This document shows, in pieces, positions 9,101 to 18,175 of a DNA stretch of 64,000 nt. Below the pieces are notes generated by a model that worked only from the letters and a program-made list of their open reading frames with translations, searched no databases and was not told where the DNA came from. The first letter of the stretch is position 1. Every line of letters begins with the position of its first letter. This DNA comes from a virus. The stretch lies in IMG/VR virus record IMGVR_UViG_3300050015_000702; one strand, 5' to 3'. Both the position numbers and the translations under genes were made by a program.

Positions 9101-10273
9101 TTAATTATATAGATTACCTAAAACTTTGATTGTAGCTCTAATTTGCCAATCCTTCCATTTCTTTGGACCTCCGTAAATTGAAAAATCCCCGCGAACTTCT
9201 TTAGGAAATCCTCTTAAAGATTCAAAGCTATTATTTGCAGCATAAAAACCTCCTTTGACCAAATTAAAATTGATAAATTCGGGCAATTCAGATAATCCTT
9301 TTCCCACTATATTTATATCGTCAAAAGCATCGATAGTTTCATCAGGGTTAATCTTATATTCCGTTTCAGGTATTCCCATAGATTTAAACCAGCTTTTAAT
9401 CTGGTAATGTTCTCCAACTTCAAGTTTTTCAAGCGGTTCTGCATCTCTTTCAAAATTTACACCTTCATTTGTCTTTTTAGTATCTACCCAAATCGTTTTA
9501 GATAATACTTTGCAAACTTTTGTAACATCTCCTCTAGTAAAGTTACCGGGATTTTTATAAGCAATAAAATTTCCTTCAATAAGTTTTGGAGCATGTTCTA
9601 ATGTCATAAGTTCATTATCAAAACACTTAAAATTACCTTTATAATTAGCTGTTCCTTTAACTTTTATTGGACATCCTCGAAGAGTTGTAAGACGGTTTTT
9701 AGAAATATTAAATCCGCCCCAAACAACATTAAACTGAATATATGAGGGTAATTCGCCACCTTCAACTTTACCTTCTAGATTTACAACCGCACCATTCTTT
9801 TTATCCGAATAGTCAATAGTTAGATCTTCATTTAAATTATAAAAATAGAGTTCTTTTTCATGCAACCATTTTTCTATAAGAACTTTTTTGCCAATTCCTA
9901 GTGATGCTTTAGGATCTTCGTAACGTGTAAAATTTTGAGATTCATTAGTTTTAGCACGAACATTTAAATATCCGATTAACCCCCCAAGCGCATCTTTAGC
10001 ATTATCATAATAATCTGTTCGATAATCTGTCGTCACAGCAACCCATCTTTTTCCATCCCCATCTCCATCACTTTTTGATTTCAAAATTAATACTGGTTGT
10101 GATAAATCTCGTAAAATGCTAACAATATCGAAATTTTGTTCAATAATATCCAAAGGCAAATCCCATTCGGTTTCTTCCACTATTTTTTTGTCTAGAATTT
10201 TCTTCCCAATTCCCATAGAAGCTAAAGGTTCTTGACCACGTTCAAAATTAATATTTTCTTTCACGATTATCAT
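9101..10273 (-). CDS. three-module FERG protein (possible polyprotein), two LRR-like domains
   Basis: Modules begin IVKENINFERGQEP, TNESQNFTRYEDP and TNEGVNFERDAEP. Confidence 0.7.
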   Translation of the reverse strand: MIIVKENINFERGQEPLASMGIGKKILDKKIVEETEWDLPLDIIEQNFDIVSILRDLSQPVLILKSKSDGDGDGKRWVAVTTDYRTDYYDNAKDALGGLIGYLNVRAKTNESQNFTRYEDPKASLGIGKKVLIEKWLHEKELYFYNLNEDLTIDYSDKKNGAVVNLEGKVEGGELPSYIQFNVVWGGFNISKNRLTTLRGCPIKVKGTANYKGNFKCFDNELMTLEHAPKLIEGNFIAYKNPGNFTRGDVTKVCKVLSKTIWVDTKKTNEGVNFERDAEPLEKLEVGEHYQIKSWFKSMGIPETEYKINPDETIDAFDDINIVGKGLSELPEFINFNLVKGGFYAANNSFESLRGFPKEVRGDFSIYGGPKKWKDWQIRATIKVLGNLYN

Positions 10274-10276
10274 CTT

Positions 10277-10687
10277 TTATTCGTTTAATTCTTCTACTAT
10301 AACATATCCGCCAACTTCGCATACTTTTCTAATATCCTCTGCAGGGGGAGGGGGTAAGTTTACAACGCCGGGATAATATACGGTCAACTCTCTGCCAACA
10401 TAACTCGGAAATCCTTTTAATGCTAGTGGGGATCTAACGAAACATTTGAAGTCCATACGTATAGTTCCAAATTTAATATACTCTGGAAACGTATTGAATA
10501 AAGTTTCGCTCAAGTCTATATCTTCTGCATCTATCTTTAAATTTTTTGTAAGAATAGGCCCTATAATGTTATTAAATTGCCTCATTTCTGCAATCCATTT
10601 TAAGATAAGCGGTTTTCGACCAATCCCCATTGAAACTACCGGTTCCTGACCGCGTTCAAAATTATGTATGCTTTCTCGAACTATCAT
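10277..10687 (-). CDS. FERG-module protein, LRR-like
   Basis: MIVRESIHNFERGQEPVVSMGIG; FPEYIKFG...LKGFP.YVG. Confidence 0.65.
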   Translation of the reverse strand: MIVRESIHNFERGQEPVVSMGIGRKPLILKWIAEMRQFNNIIGPILTKNLKIDAEDIDLSETLFNTFPEYIKFGTIRMDFKCFVRSPLALKGFPSYVGRELTVYYPGVVNLPPPPAEDIRKVCEVGGYVIVEELNE

Positions 10688-11493
10688 TTTCTTTTAAATC
10701 TGTCAGGATCATAGACCCCCTTATTTCTTAATATCTTTAAAATTTTAATAAAACTATATTTGTTATCAAATGCTTTTTCAATCTTTCTAGACCCCATTCT
10801 TTTATTTACATACAAATCAACAATTAAATCTTCGTCTTCTTTCGAAACATCCTTGTATGCGGTATTATCTTTTCCATATCTTGGCGGACCAAAGTTTTGA
10901 GCAAAATGTTTACCCTGCAAAGATTTAGATATATTTTGTTTTCTTTCTTCTGTGTGTTTTACATCTAAAAGAGAATTTCGAATTTTGTCTTTTGTCTCTT
11001 GTTTTCTTGTTTTACCAGTATTAGATTTTGCACGTTTATTTTTTTCTTCTTCAGATTGTATTCTACCAATACCAATTCCCCTTCTCCCTATACTTTGTTT
11101 TTTCTTTATTTCTTTTGCTTTTTCTTCACCAAAGATTTCTTCAAATGTTTTTCCCTTTCGTATTCCTAAATTAGAAATAGTATAATTTCCCCCGCCTTTT
11201 GTCAAATTATATCCATCCGGTCTAATAGTATTATCTCGATCTATATAGAAAATTTCTCTTTCATTTAGAATTTGTATTAATTTTTCACTATTTTCATTTT
11301 TTCTTTCTTCTATAATTTCCCATTTAATATTGGATTCGCCATACTTTCTTATAGCATTATGAAAATATAAATTTGACCCACTTCTAACAGCAGCATAATG
11401 ACTATATTTTCTTTTTTTTAATCCTTGAATGGTTCTTCCATAATATTTTTTTCCTTCTGGAGAAGTAGCACAATAGATTATTCCTTTTATCAT
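10684..11493 (-). mobile_element. free-standing GIY-YIG homing endonuclease with NUMOD3-like repeats
   Basis: GIIY...KKYYGRT, GYNLT.GG, (H/Q)SEE/TEE repeats; start 11493 behind promoter 11508-11516. Confidence 0.85.
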
Positions 11494-11526
11494 AGATAAG
11501 TTTATTATATATATCACAAGGGGTAC

Positions 11527-12261
11527 CTACGAAAAGAGCGCGAACCAGTCTGGAGGATTATCCCCTTTGATCTTTTCTTTCAATGCTTCAATTTCTGTGG
11601 TTCCTTCTGTACGGATTTGTTCAAAATTTATAGTTACGTTTCCAATAAGCTGGAAATTAAAGGTTCCAAGTATACGAGCAAGAGATAGCTTTGCTTTTGC
11701 AATCATCCAATCAAGAACGATAGTATCTTCGTAAGCATCTTCTAGAGGAATATGATCTAAAGCTAATACCATTAAACTGCTAACAGGTGTACGACCTGTA
11801 ATAATCAATCTGTGAGTATTTGGGTTAAAATCGTGATTTATATCTTTAAGGTTAAATGCCCTTGCCAAATCCCAAAAACTCCACTGAATTGTACGATAAG
11901 TAATCTGGTCTGAAGATAATGGGGTAAGATAAAGATCTGAAGCCATTAATCTATCGAAGTTTAAGTCTGGGTCATTGATACCAAATACCCTATCACCGCC
12001 AGTCATTTCCACAACTTTTTTAATACCTTCTGTGCAAGGATTCATTTGGAATGTTCTGGTTGCTCTCCATTCGGGGGTCTGATAATATTGTTTATTGATA
12101 ATATAGATTTTATCCTGAATCAATTCACGATACTCCCTGAAAAGAAATCTCATCTCTTTATCAATGATACGGTCTATTTCCGCTGTTGGAATAGTATAGG
12201 GAATAGATGCTGATGCAGTTATTTCCCCTACAATTCTTTGAATAAATTCGGCTTTAGTCAT
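11527..12261 (-). CDS. neck protein, T4 gp13-like
   Basis: C-terminal AKAK..LARILG.F...L.G.VT.N...I..EG..E...LKE pattern. Confidence 0.7.
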   Translation of the reverse strand: MTKAEFIQRIVGEITASASIPYTIPTAEIDRIIDKEMRFLFREYRELIQDKIYIINKQYYQTPEWRATRTFQMNPCTEGIKKVVEMTGGDRVFGINDPDLNFDRLMASDLYLTPLSSDQITYRTIQWSFWDLARAFNLKDINHDFNPNTHRLIITGRTPVSSLMVLALDHIPLEDAYEDTIVLDWMIAKAKLSLARILGTFNFQLIGNVTINFEQIRTEGTTEIEALKEKIKGDNPPDWFALFS

Positions 12262-12267
12262 TATATT

Positions 12268-13701
12268 TTACCATTTAATTTTAAATTCATTTGCATATCC
12301 CTTGTCCTTCTTATTTGGAATAAGGTTTTTGAGCCAGTTATAATCTCTGATCTCTTTTACTGCGATTGCATCGTTTTTTTCAGGTTTGTTCTCTCTAGGG
12401 TTAACAACTAAACAATGTTCATCTAGTTTAGCTTCTTTACCTATTCCTGCGTTCTGTACGACACTTTCAAAAACTTTACAATTGATTATCTCACCAGAAT
12501 TAAAGATTGTGCTAGTGTGTATCTCATTGCCCCTATCCGCACGTGAGCGTAATAAATAACAATCGGCGATTTTATTTCCTTCTATAATTGTTGAATTTCG
12601 AATCTGAGAATTTTTAACAGTGCATTTCCAAAGTGCGCATTTTTCTACAATGCCTTGAACTTCCGAATTTACTATTTGTAAATTAGAAACTTTTATACCA
12701 GATAACTTAGCATCTTTTATTTGGAAGAGACCCTGTTCTGTATCCAAATTGAATTTTCCTTTTTTGAATCCACTCTCAAGCATTACCTTTGTAAGTGGCC
12801 CGCGAATTTTTTCCCAATAAGTCTTAATAATTTGATCTCCAGTTTTGAGGTCAACGCCAATTTGAATATCTTTGTATTCTTTAAGGAAGAATTCGGGATC
12901 GTAATAAGCTCTACGAATGGTTGAATATCCTTCAATAATTTTAGCCATCTCAGCTTCCATTACTGCAGAATAGCCAGGAACGTTTAGAACCTGATAAGTG
13001 GATATGATAAAGTAATTGAGAGCCTCATTTATTTCTTTTGCTTTGGCTTCATATCCCTTTCCCCCAATATAATTAAATTTAAGAATGCCATAAGTTTGAT
13101 CCGTAAAGTCAATTCCATAATAAGCAGCCATCGGCATTGCGAAAGAATTGTTTATATTTCTGAATGGATTGCTAATGTTCAAAAATTCATTCATCGGAAT
13201 AAGATGCTTAACACTCATGGAAAACGGAGAATCTCTTCTCTCTGGGAATTTTTTCCAGATATAATTCTCGTCCATTTTAAGAACCATCTTAGCAACATCC
13301 ATATTAGATATTGTCTGAGCAGTCTGAAGTTCCCTATTGTTAAAGGATAGGGAAACAGTCATACCAGTTGTTCTATCGGTTTTAGAAGTATTTTTTATCC
13401 ACTCAAGAACTCCATTAAGCATTGGACCCGTACTAAGATAATCTTGCGGACTTAATTTAAAGCTATAACGCGAATTTTTTCCTGCATATTCTCTTAAAAG
13501 AACAGGCGCAGTCCAAGTTGGAATCATTCTTGGGTCATTTGTAAGAGCCACACTTTTTGCTGTTGTGTTTGAAAGTTCTTCAACAATGAATTCTGCCTCT
13601 TTTGTTGAAAAGAATTCAAAGGTATATCCTACTTGAGCATTGTTGAAAACTTCTTGCACAGAATAGTCACGAAGGTGGTTGTATAAAGATACATTATCCA
13701 T
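12268..13701 (-). CDS. amidoligase-like fold (degenerate) + beta-helix C-terminus
   Basis: VGYTFEF and TTGMTVSLSF correspond to the GxEFE / GxH motifs; YYGIDF...L.F.YIGG..Y; C-terminal helix-type repeats. Confidence 0.5.
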   Translation of the reverse strand: MDNVSLYNHLRDYSVQEVFNNAQVGYTFEFFSTKEAEFIVEELSNTTAKSVALTNDPRMIPTWTAPVLLREYAGKNSRYSFKLSPQDYLSTGPMLNGVLEWIKNTSKTDRTTGMTVSLSFNNRELQTAQTISNMDVAKMVLKMDENYIWKKFPERRDSPFSMSVKHLIPMNEFLNISNPFRNINNSFAMPMAAYYGIDFTDQTYGILKFNYIGGKGYEAKAKEINEALNYFIISTYQVLNVPGYSAVMEAEMAKIIEGYSTIRRAYYDPEFFLKEYKDIQIGVDLKTGDQIIKTYWEKIRGPLTKVMLESGFKKGKFNLDTEQGLFQIKDAKLSGIKVSNLQIVNSEVQGIVEKCALWKCTVKNSQIRNSTIIEGNKIADCYLLRSRADRGNEIHTSTIFNSGEIINCKVFESVVQNAGIGKEAKLDEHCLVVNPRENKPEKNDAIAVKEIRDYNWLKNLIPNKKDKGYANEFKIKW

Positions 13702-13728
13702 TTAACGGGTTTTTCTTTATTTATTCAC

Positions 13729-13756
13729 AAAAAAGGAGCAGTTAATTCTGCTCCTT
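13729..13756 (-). terminator. intrinsic terminator after the S1 gene
   Basis: AAGGAGCAG-AATTAA-CTGCTCCTT followed by a U-run; late promoter GAATAAATA follows at 13718-13726. Confidence 0.8.
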
Positions 13757-13841
13757 CCTATTTCTATAATTAGATACCTTCTTCTCTTTCTCTCTGGACA
13801 CTCTTTTTATGAGTCCTACGAGGAAAGTTTTGATTTTTACG

Positions 13842-15080
13842 TTAATTTCTGGTTAATTCTTGAGGAATTGGTGAGTCCAACCCAAAAGTTAACTTATCAT
13901 CTTTGATTGATTGAAACTTAACTGTAATCTGATCTTTGTAAACTAAGTTCCTGGTCGAAATCTTTCGACTACGGAATTCTTTACTAGGAACAACCCCCGT
14001 TATGTCTCCGATATTAACGATGACCCCAAAATTCATAACTGCTGCAACTTCTGCTACAACGGCTTTGTCTTTATTGGCTTCAATAAAATCTTCGATTTTT
14101 TTCTTCTTTTCTGCTGGGCTTTCCTCGGTTAATATAATCCTATTGTCTTTAGCAACTTCGCTAATATAGAATTGTATTGGATCTCCTGGCTTGTATTCTC
14201 TTGCTCTGAATTTCAATAGAGTAGATTCTTTCATTTTGGAGTTATGAAGAAGGCCTGTAAAGATGTCTCCAAACTCAACGAATATTCCGTACTTGGAAGA
14301 ACCGGTAATAGATCCATGATATTCTACATTTAAATCTAACTCGGCAATTTTCTTTGGAAGAACGTGTTCAATATATTTCTTATGAGATACAATGAATGAG
14401 TTCATTTCCTGAAGGAAGTCTTCTACCATTACGATAACTTCTTTGCCTACAAGTGTTTGAAAGTCCATAATCTTATTTGGAGCAGCAAGAGATCCTGGCA
14501 TAAATGCTTCAACACCAGATACTTCAACGAAATATCCACCACGATTACAATTAAGAACTTTTGCAACGTAAGCTTTTGATGGTGACTGAACTTCTTTCAT
14601 GAATTCTTCTTTGGTCTTTTTGATGTGACCCTGCCAAAGAGATATTTTGAGGGATGGGCTGGATTCTATAACGTAAGCATAGAGACCCTGGGCGATGAAT
14701 TGTTTTCTTATTTCAGGATTTGAAAGTACTTCGCAGAAAGTTGCTGGACTATCATATCCATAAATTTGAATAAATCTTTTTTCTCGGTTAAGATCTATTT
14801 CCACTGCTAATCCACCTAACAATTCAATTGTCATTAAGTTCTTGTCAATCTTAGGTATGTCCACAATAGTAACACAATCGCCTTTGACGAGGTCCTTTTT
14901 AACTGTCTTCTGATCTGATTGATTGTATAGGTTAAACAATTCTTGAGCGTAAGGCTCGTGGGAAAATACCCTGGTTTTTAGATCTAATCCTCTAATCTGT
15001 TCGTTGGGAATAAGTCTTCGGCCACCTAAGTAACCTTTTTCGTATAATTCCCAGTTGAAGTCTTCTAAATTTTCAAACAT
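13842..15080 (-). CDS. phage-encoded ribosomal protein S1 (bS1) homolog
   Basis: Tandem S1 domains: NRGGYFVEVSGVEAFMPGS, KYGIFVEFG..TGLLH.S, NFGVIVNIG..TGVVP. Confidence 0.85.
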   Translation of the reverse strand: MFENLEDFNWELYEKGYLGGRRLIPNEQIRGLDLKTRVFSHEPYAQELFNLYNQSDQKTVKKDLVKGDCVTIVDIPKIDKNLMTIELLGGLAVEIDLNREKRFIQIYGYDSPATFCEVLSNPEIRKQFIAQGLYAYVIESSPSLKISLWQGHIKKTKEEFMKEVQSPSKAYVAKVLNCNRGGYFVEVSGVEAFMPGSLAAPNKIMDFQTLVGKEVIVMVEDFLQEMNSFIVSHKKYIEHVLPKKIAELDLNVEYHGSITGSSKYGIFVEFGDIFTGLLHNSKMKESTLLKFRAREYKPGDPIQFYISEVAKDNRIILTEESPAEKKKKIEDFIEANKDKAVVAEVAAVMNFGVIVNIGDITGVVPSKEFRSRKISTRNLVYKDQITVKFQSIKDDKLTFGLDSPIPQELTRN

Positions 15081-15153
15081 TTATTTTAGGTTTTAGTGCG
15101 TTTAACATATAGGTTATATATTATTCCTTTTTCCAGCTCTTTTTAATCTTAGC

Positions 15154-15162
15154 GGATATATA
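15154..15162 (+). promoter_or_regulatory. putative late promoter (GGATATATA) for the tail operon
   Basis: Recurrent motif 20 nt upstream of ATG 15183. Confidence 0.65.
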
Positions 15163-15182
15163 AAATAAAATATACACTTACT

Positions 15183-15578
15183 ATGTCTATACTTACATAC
15201 ACCGGAAAAATAGTTACGGCAAATGGGAAAATTGTTTTACATGTTGTCCCTCCCCCACCACCACAGAGTACAGTTTTTCTAAGTTATCTAGATCTTGCGA
15301 ATGATGTCGGATTAATAAAATCCCTTGACAGCGGAGTAAGTTTTAGCTATACCGATGCTTCAGCTTATCACTCTGGATACCCAATTGCCACCATAGTTCA
15401 CGATCCGAGTGGAGATGTTCTATTATGCGGAACTGTTGATGGCTGGTTATATACTTATAAAAATGGGGTATTTGATTCTAGTACTCACCTAATTCCTAAT
15501 GGATTTGGGGATATACAAGTAAGAGGAAATATAAGGGTTTGTTCTAATGGATATACAGGTGCTATAGTACCTTTTTAA
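15183..15578 (+). CDS. virion protein, partial beta-propeller (Asp-box)
   Basis: KSLDSGVSF Asp-box; Pro linker after a short N-terminal motif. Confidence 0.55.
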   Translation: MSILTYTGKIVTANGKIVLHVVPPPPPQSTVFLSYLDLANDVGLIKSLDSGVSFSYTDASAYHSGYPIATIVHDPSGDVLLCGTVDGWLYTYKNGVFDSSTHLIPNGFGDIQVRGNIRVCSNGYTGAIVPF

Positions 15579-15607
15579 ATAAAAACTAAAATTAAAAATA
15601 AAATATT

Positions 15608-16156
15608 ATGGGAATTTCAACATCTGTAAAAATATTCATCTACCCAGACGAAACAAAATTATTGTTGCTCAAAACTACAGGTTTATATCGTTCAAATCCC
15701 GATGGGAGTGGTCAAAGCTTCATTCACTCAGGGAATTATTATGTAAATTATGTGTATGATGAAGTTTCTGGCTTTATATATTTTATAAATCAGACTACCG
15801 GTAATGTATGGCGCAACACAACAGCTTTTGACTTTACAGCATTCACTGATTTAGGAAATTTCTTTCCTTCTTCTGCTATATCTACAGGGACCTTAATAAA
15901 AGTTAATAATGGGAGAATCATTTTTGGAGGGGGAAATTATCTTAAATATACAGACAATTTATTTGTATCTACTACTGATATATCTGGAATTATTACAAAT
16001 TTGGCATTTCTACTTTATGAAGGAGGCGATAATGTATTAGGAGTTTCCAATGTTGCGAATTATAATTATTATAGATCCACTGATAATGGGCTAACTTGGC
16101 CTTTAATATCTATCCCTTTAGGAAGGTACACAGTTTATGCAGGATATAAAGTTTAA
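15608..16156 (+). CDS. virion protein, partial beta-propeller (Asp-box)
   Basis: RSTDNGLTW Asp-box, YTDNLF. Confidence 0.55.
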   Translation: MGISTSVKIFIYPDETKLLLLKTTGLYRSNPDGSGQSFIHSGNYYVNYVYDEVSGFIYFINQTTGNVWRNTTAFDFTAFTDLGNFFPSSAISTGTLIKVNNGRIIFGGGNYLKYTDNLFVSTTDISGIITNLAFLLYEGGDNVLGVSNVANYNYYRSTDNGLTWPLISIPLGRYTVYAGYKV

Positions 16157-16409
16157 AATACCAGGATTTTGCAAAGGATGTGGAAAATGTTGCATGCTAG
16201 TATTGAAAAGGGAAACCCCCATTTATGAATTTCATACAGGGGATTCGAATTTGGAAATTTTAAATATCATTTATGGAAAATGCGAATATTTGGACGATAA
16301 AAATGAATGCATGATAAATGATAAAAAACCACAATGCTGCAAAGACTTAACAAGGGAAAGTATGCAATGTTTGGATTTTTTAAGAATGTACGAAGAAAAT
16401 AAATTATAA
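16137..16409 (+). CDS. CxxCxxCC (YkgJ/FliB-like) cysteine-cluster protein
   Basis: CKGCGKCC...CEYL....C.I...KP.CC. Confidence 0.8.
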   Translation: MQDIKFKIPGFCKGCGKCCMLVLKRETPIYEFHTGDSNLEILNIIYGKCEYLDDKNECMINDKKPQCCKDLTRESMQCLDFLRMYEENKL

Positions 16410-16425
16410 AATAAAAAATATCAAT

Positions 16426-18156
16426 ATGAATTTTGACATATTTTATGGGGATACCTTTATTCCCGAAATGCCTAAAATGCTAAATAAGAACTTTTCAGTA
16501 GTTCAAAAAGGCATGGATGTTTTCTATGATGCAAGTACAGGGGTTCTTTTAAAACCTCTTACAACCACTGGAAAAGTTCAGGGAGCAAATGGGCAATTTG
16601 TAACAATGGTAGTTGATAATCTTGTAGTTAAAAACCAGTTTACAAATCTCTATGACAATAATACTTCGGCAGATTATAATTTCTATAAGACCTTTATCTC
16701 TGCTAATTTTATTCCAAGAGATCCTTGTACAGCAGCAACTAACTGGCCTTATGAAGCATCTACTTATAAATTCATTGATGTAAATCAGCCATATTATAAA
16801 ATTGATAATCAAAATACAATTGTTTTAAACAATAATAACCTTTCTCAAGTGGTAGGAATTATATTTCCTCATCTTGATGCTAGTTATGGAACTGCTCCAT
16901 TTAGAATTGTACAAAATCCCAGCACAAATTCGGGCATCCCAAGTTTCTTTCAAATAGACTCTTCCATAGCACCAGATGCTTCGACTTATTTTTATATGGA
17001 ATTTATTATGACTGCTTTTGATCCATCATGGGGTCCAACTTGGTCACAATATAAATATGGCGCATCTGCTACTGGTGGAAGCGGTGGCGGTGGTGGCGGT
17101 GGTGGAACCGGATTCGTTGGGCCAGGAACTCCCCCTCATCTTGCGATGTTTGTTAGCGGAAATCAAGTTCAGGATTCCTCTGTTTATATGGTAGGAAGTA
17201 CTCTTACAACTTTTGATCTAAACGCTGATGGTTCAATTAGTCAAAACGGTCATGAAGTAACTAGATTCCTTCCAAACGTAGATCCTGGTTTAACTATGGG
17301 TTCTACTATTGGAGGTTTACCAGCGGGAACTCCTGCTTCGTCTTTACTTGGAAAAACCTATGAAGATATTTTAAATGCTATGCTATTTCCATTAGTAGCT
17401 CCTTATATTCCTACAATGAATTCATTATCTTTTACCGGATTCGCTCCTCAAACTGTAGAAGTAGGATCTGTTGTACCTAGTCCAGCAAATGTTTTAGCTA
17501 GTTTTAATCCGGGATTAATTAAGAATGGAAATAATTCCAATGGGCCAAATTTAGTTGGGGACCCAATTTTATATACATTTAGACGACCTGGAGGAATAAT
17601 CGATGGAACTGTTCCGGGGCCAACATATTCAGCAAACTGGACTTATACAACAATAAATGCTAGTTTAGGTGCAAATGTTTGGAATTCTTCCGTGACCTAT
17701 AATGCTGGTAGTGGTACCTATTATGATAATAAAGGAAACCCATCTACAAACTTAGATGCTTCAAGAATTGCAGGAACATCATTTGCAAATTCTGCTACTA
17801 TTACTGGGCTTTATTATGCTTGGAGATATTTAGGAAATCAATCAACTTCTCCTTCAACTTCGTCTGGTGTTAGAGCTTTACTTATTAAGAGTTTCTTAAG
17901 TGTTGCAAATACAGGAGCTTTTTCTATAAGCATTCCTGCATTTACTCAAGAAGTTTCATTCTATGTTCCTGCTGGAAAAATTATTAAAGTAAATTTTGTT
18001 GAATCCGCAAATGCTGATGTTACCAGATCATTCATAATGACCCCAATGACAGTTAACGATGCAGCAGGAAGCCCAGTTAATTATGAAAAATGGACAAGCT
18101 TTATTGGACTTGGGGGCTATCCTTCAATTGCCACTTATAATATTTCTATTACTTAA
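16426..18156 (+). CDS. tail/fibre-associated structural protein
   Basis: Gly-rich hinge, beta-rich S/T/N composition, position in structural operon. Confidence 0.6.
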   Translation: MNFDIFYGDTFIPEMPKMLNKNFSVVQKGMDVFYDASTGVLLKPLTTTGKVQGANGQFVTMVVDNLVVKNQFTNLYDNNTSADYNFYKTFISANFIPRDPCTAATNWPYEASTYKFIDVNQPYYKIDNQNTIVLNNNNLSQVVGIIFPHLDASYGTAPFRIVQNPSTNSGIPSFFQIDSSIAPDASTYFYMEFIMTAFDPSWGPTWSQYKYGASATGGSGGGGGGGGTGFVGPGTPPHLAMFVSGNQVQDSSVYMVGSTLTTFDLNADGSISQNGHEVTRFLPNVDPGLTMGSTIGGLPAGTPASSLLGKTYEDILNAMLFPLVAPYIPTMNSLSFTGFAPQTVEVGSVVPSPANVLASFNPGLIKNGNNSNGPNLVGDPILYTFRRPGGIIDGTVPGPTYSANWTYTTINASLGANVWNSSVTYNAGSGTYYDNKGNPSTNLDASRIAGTSFANSATITGLYYAWRYLGNQSTSPSTSSGVRALLIKSFLSVANTGAFSISIPAFTQEVSFYVPAGKIIKVNFVESANADVTRSFIMTPMTVNDAAGSPVNYEKWTSFIGLGGYPSIATYNISIT

Positions 18157-18175
18157 AAAATAAAATTATAAAAAT

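Noticed and set aside
11494-11540. Target mimic upstream of GIY-YIG 10684..11493
   Set aside because: Only about 10 nt between the gp13 stop and the promoter; no convincing match to the downstream gene
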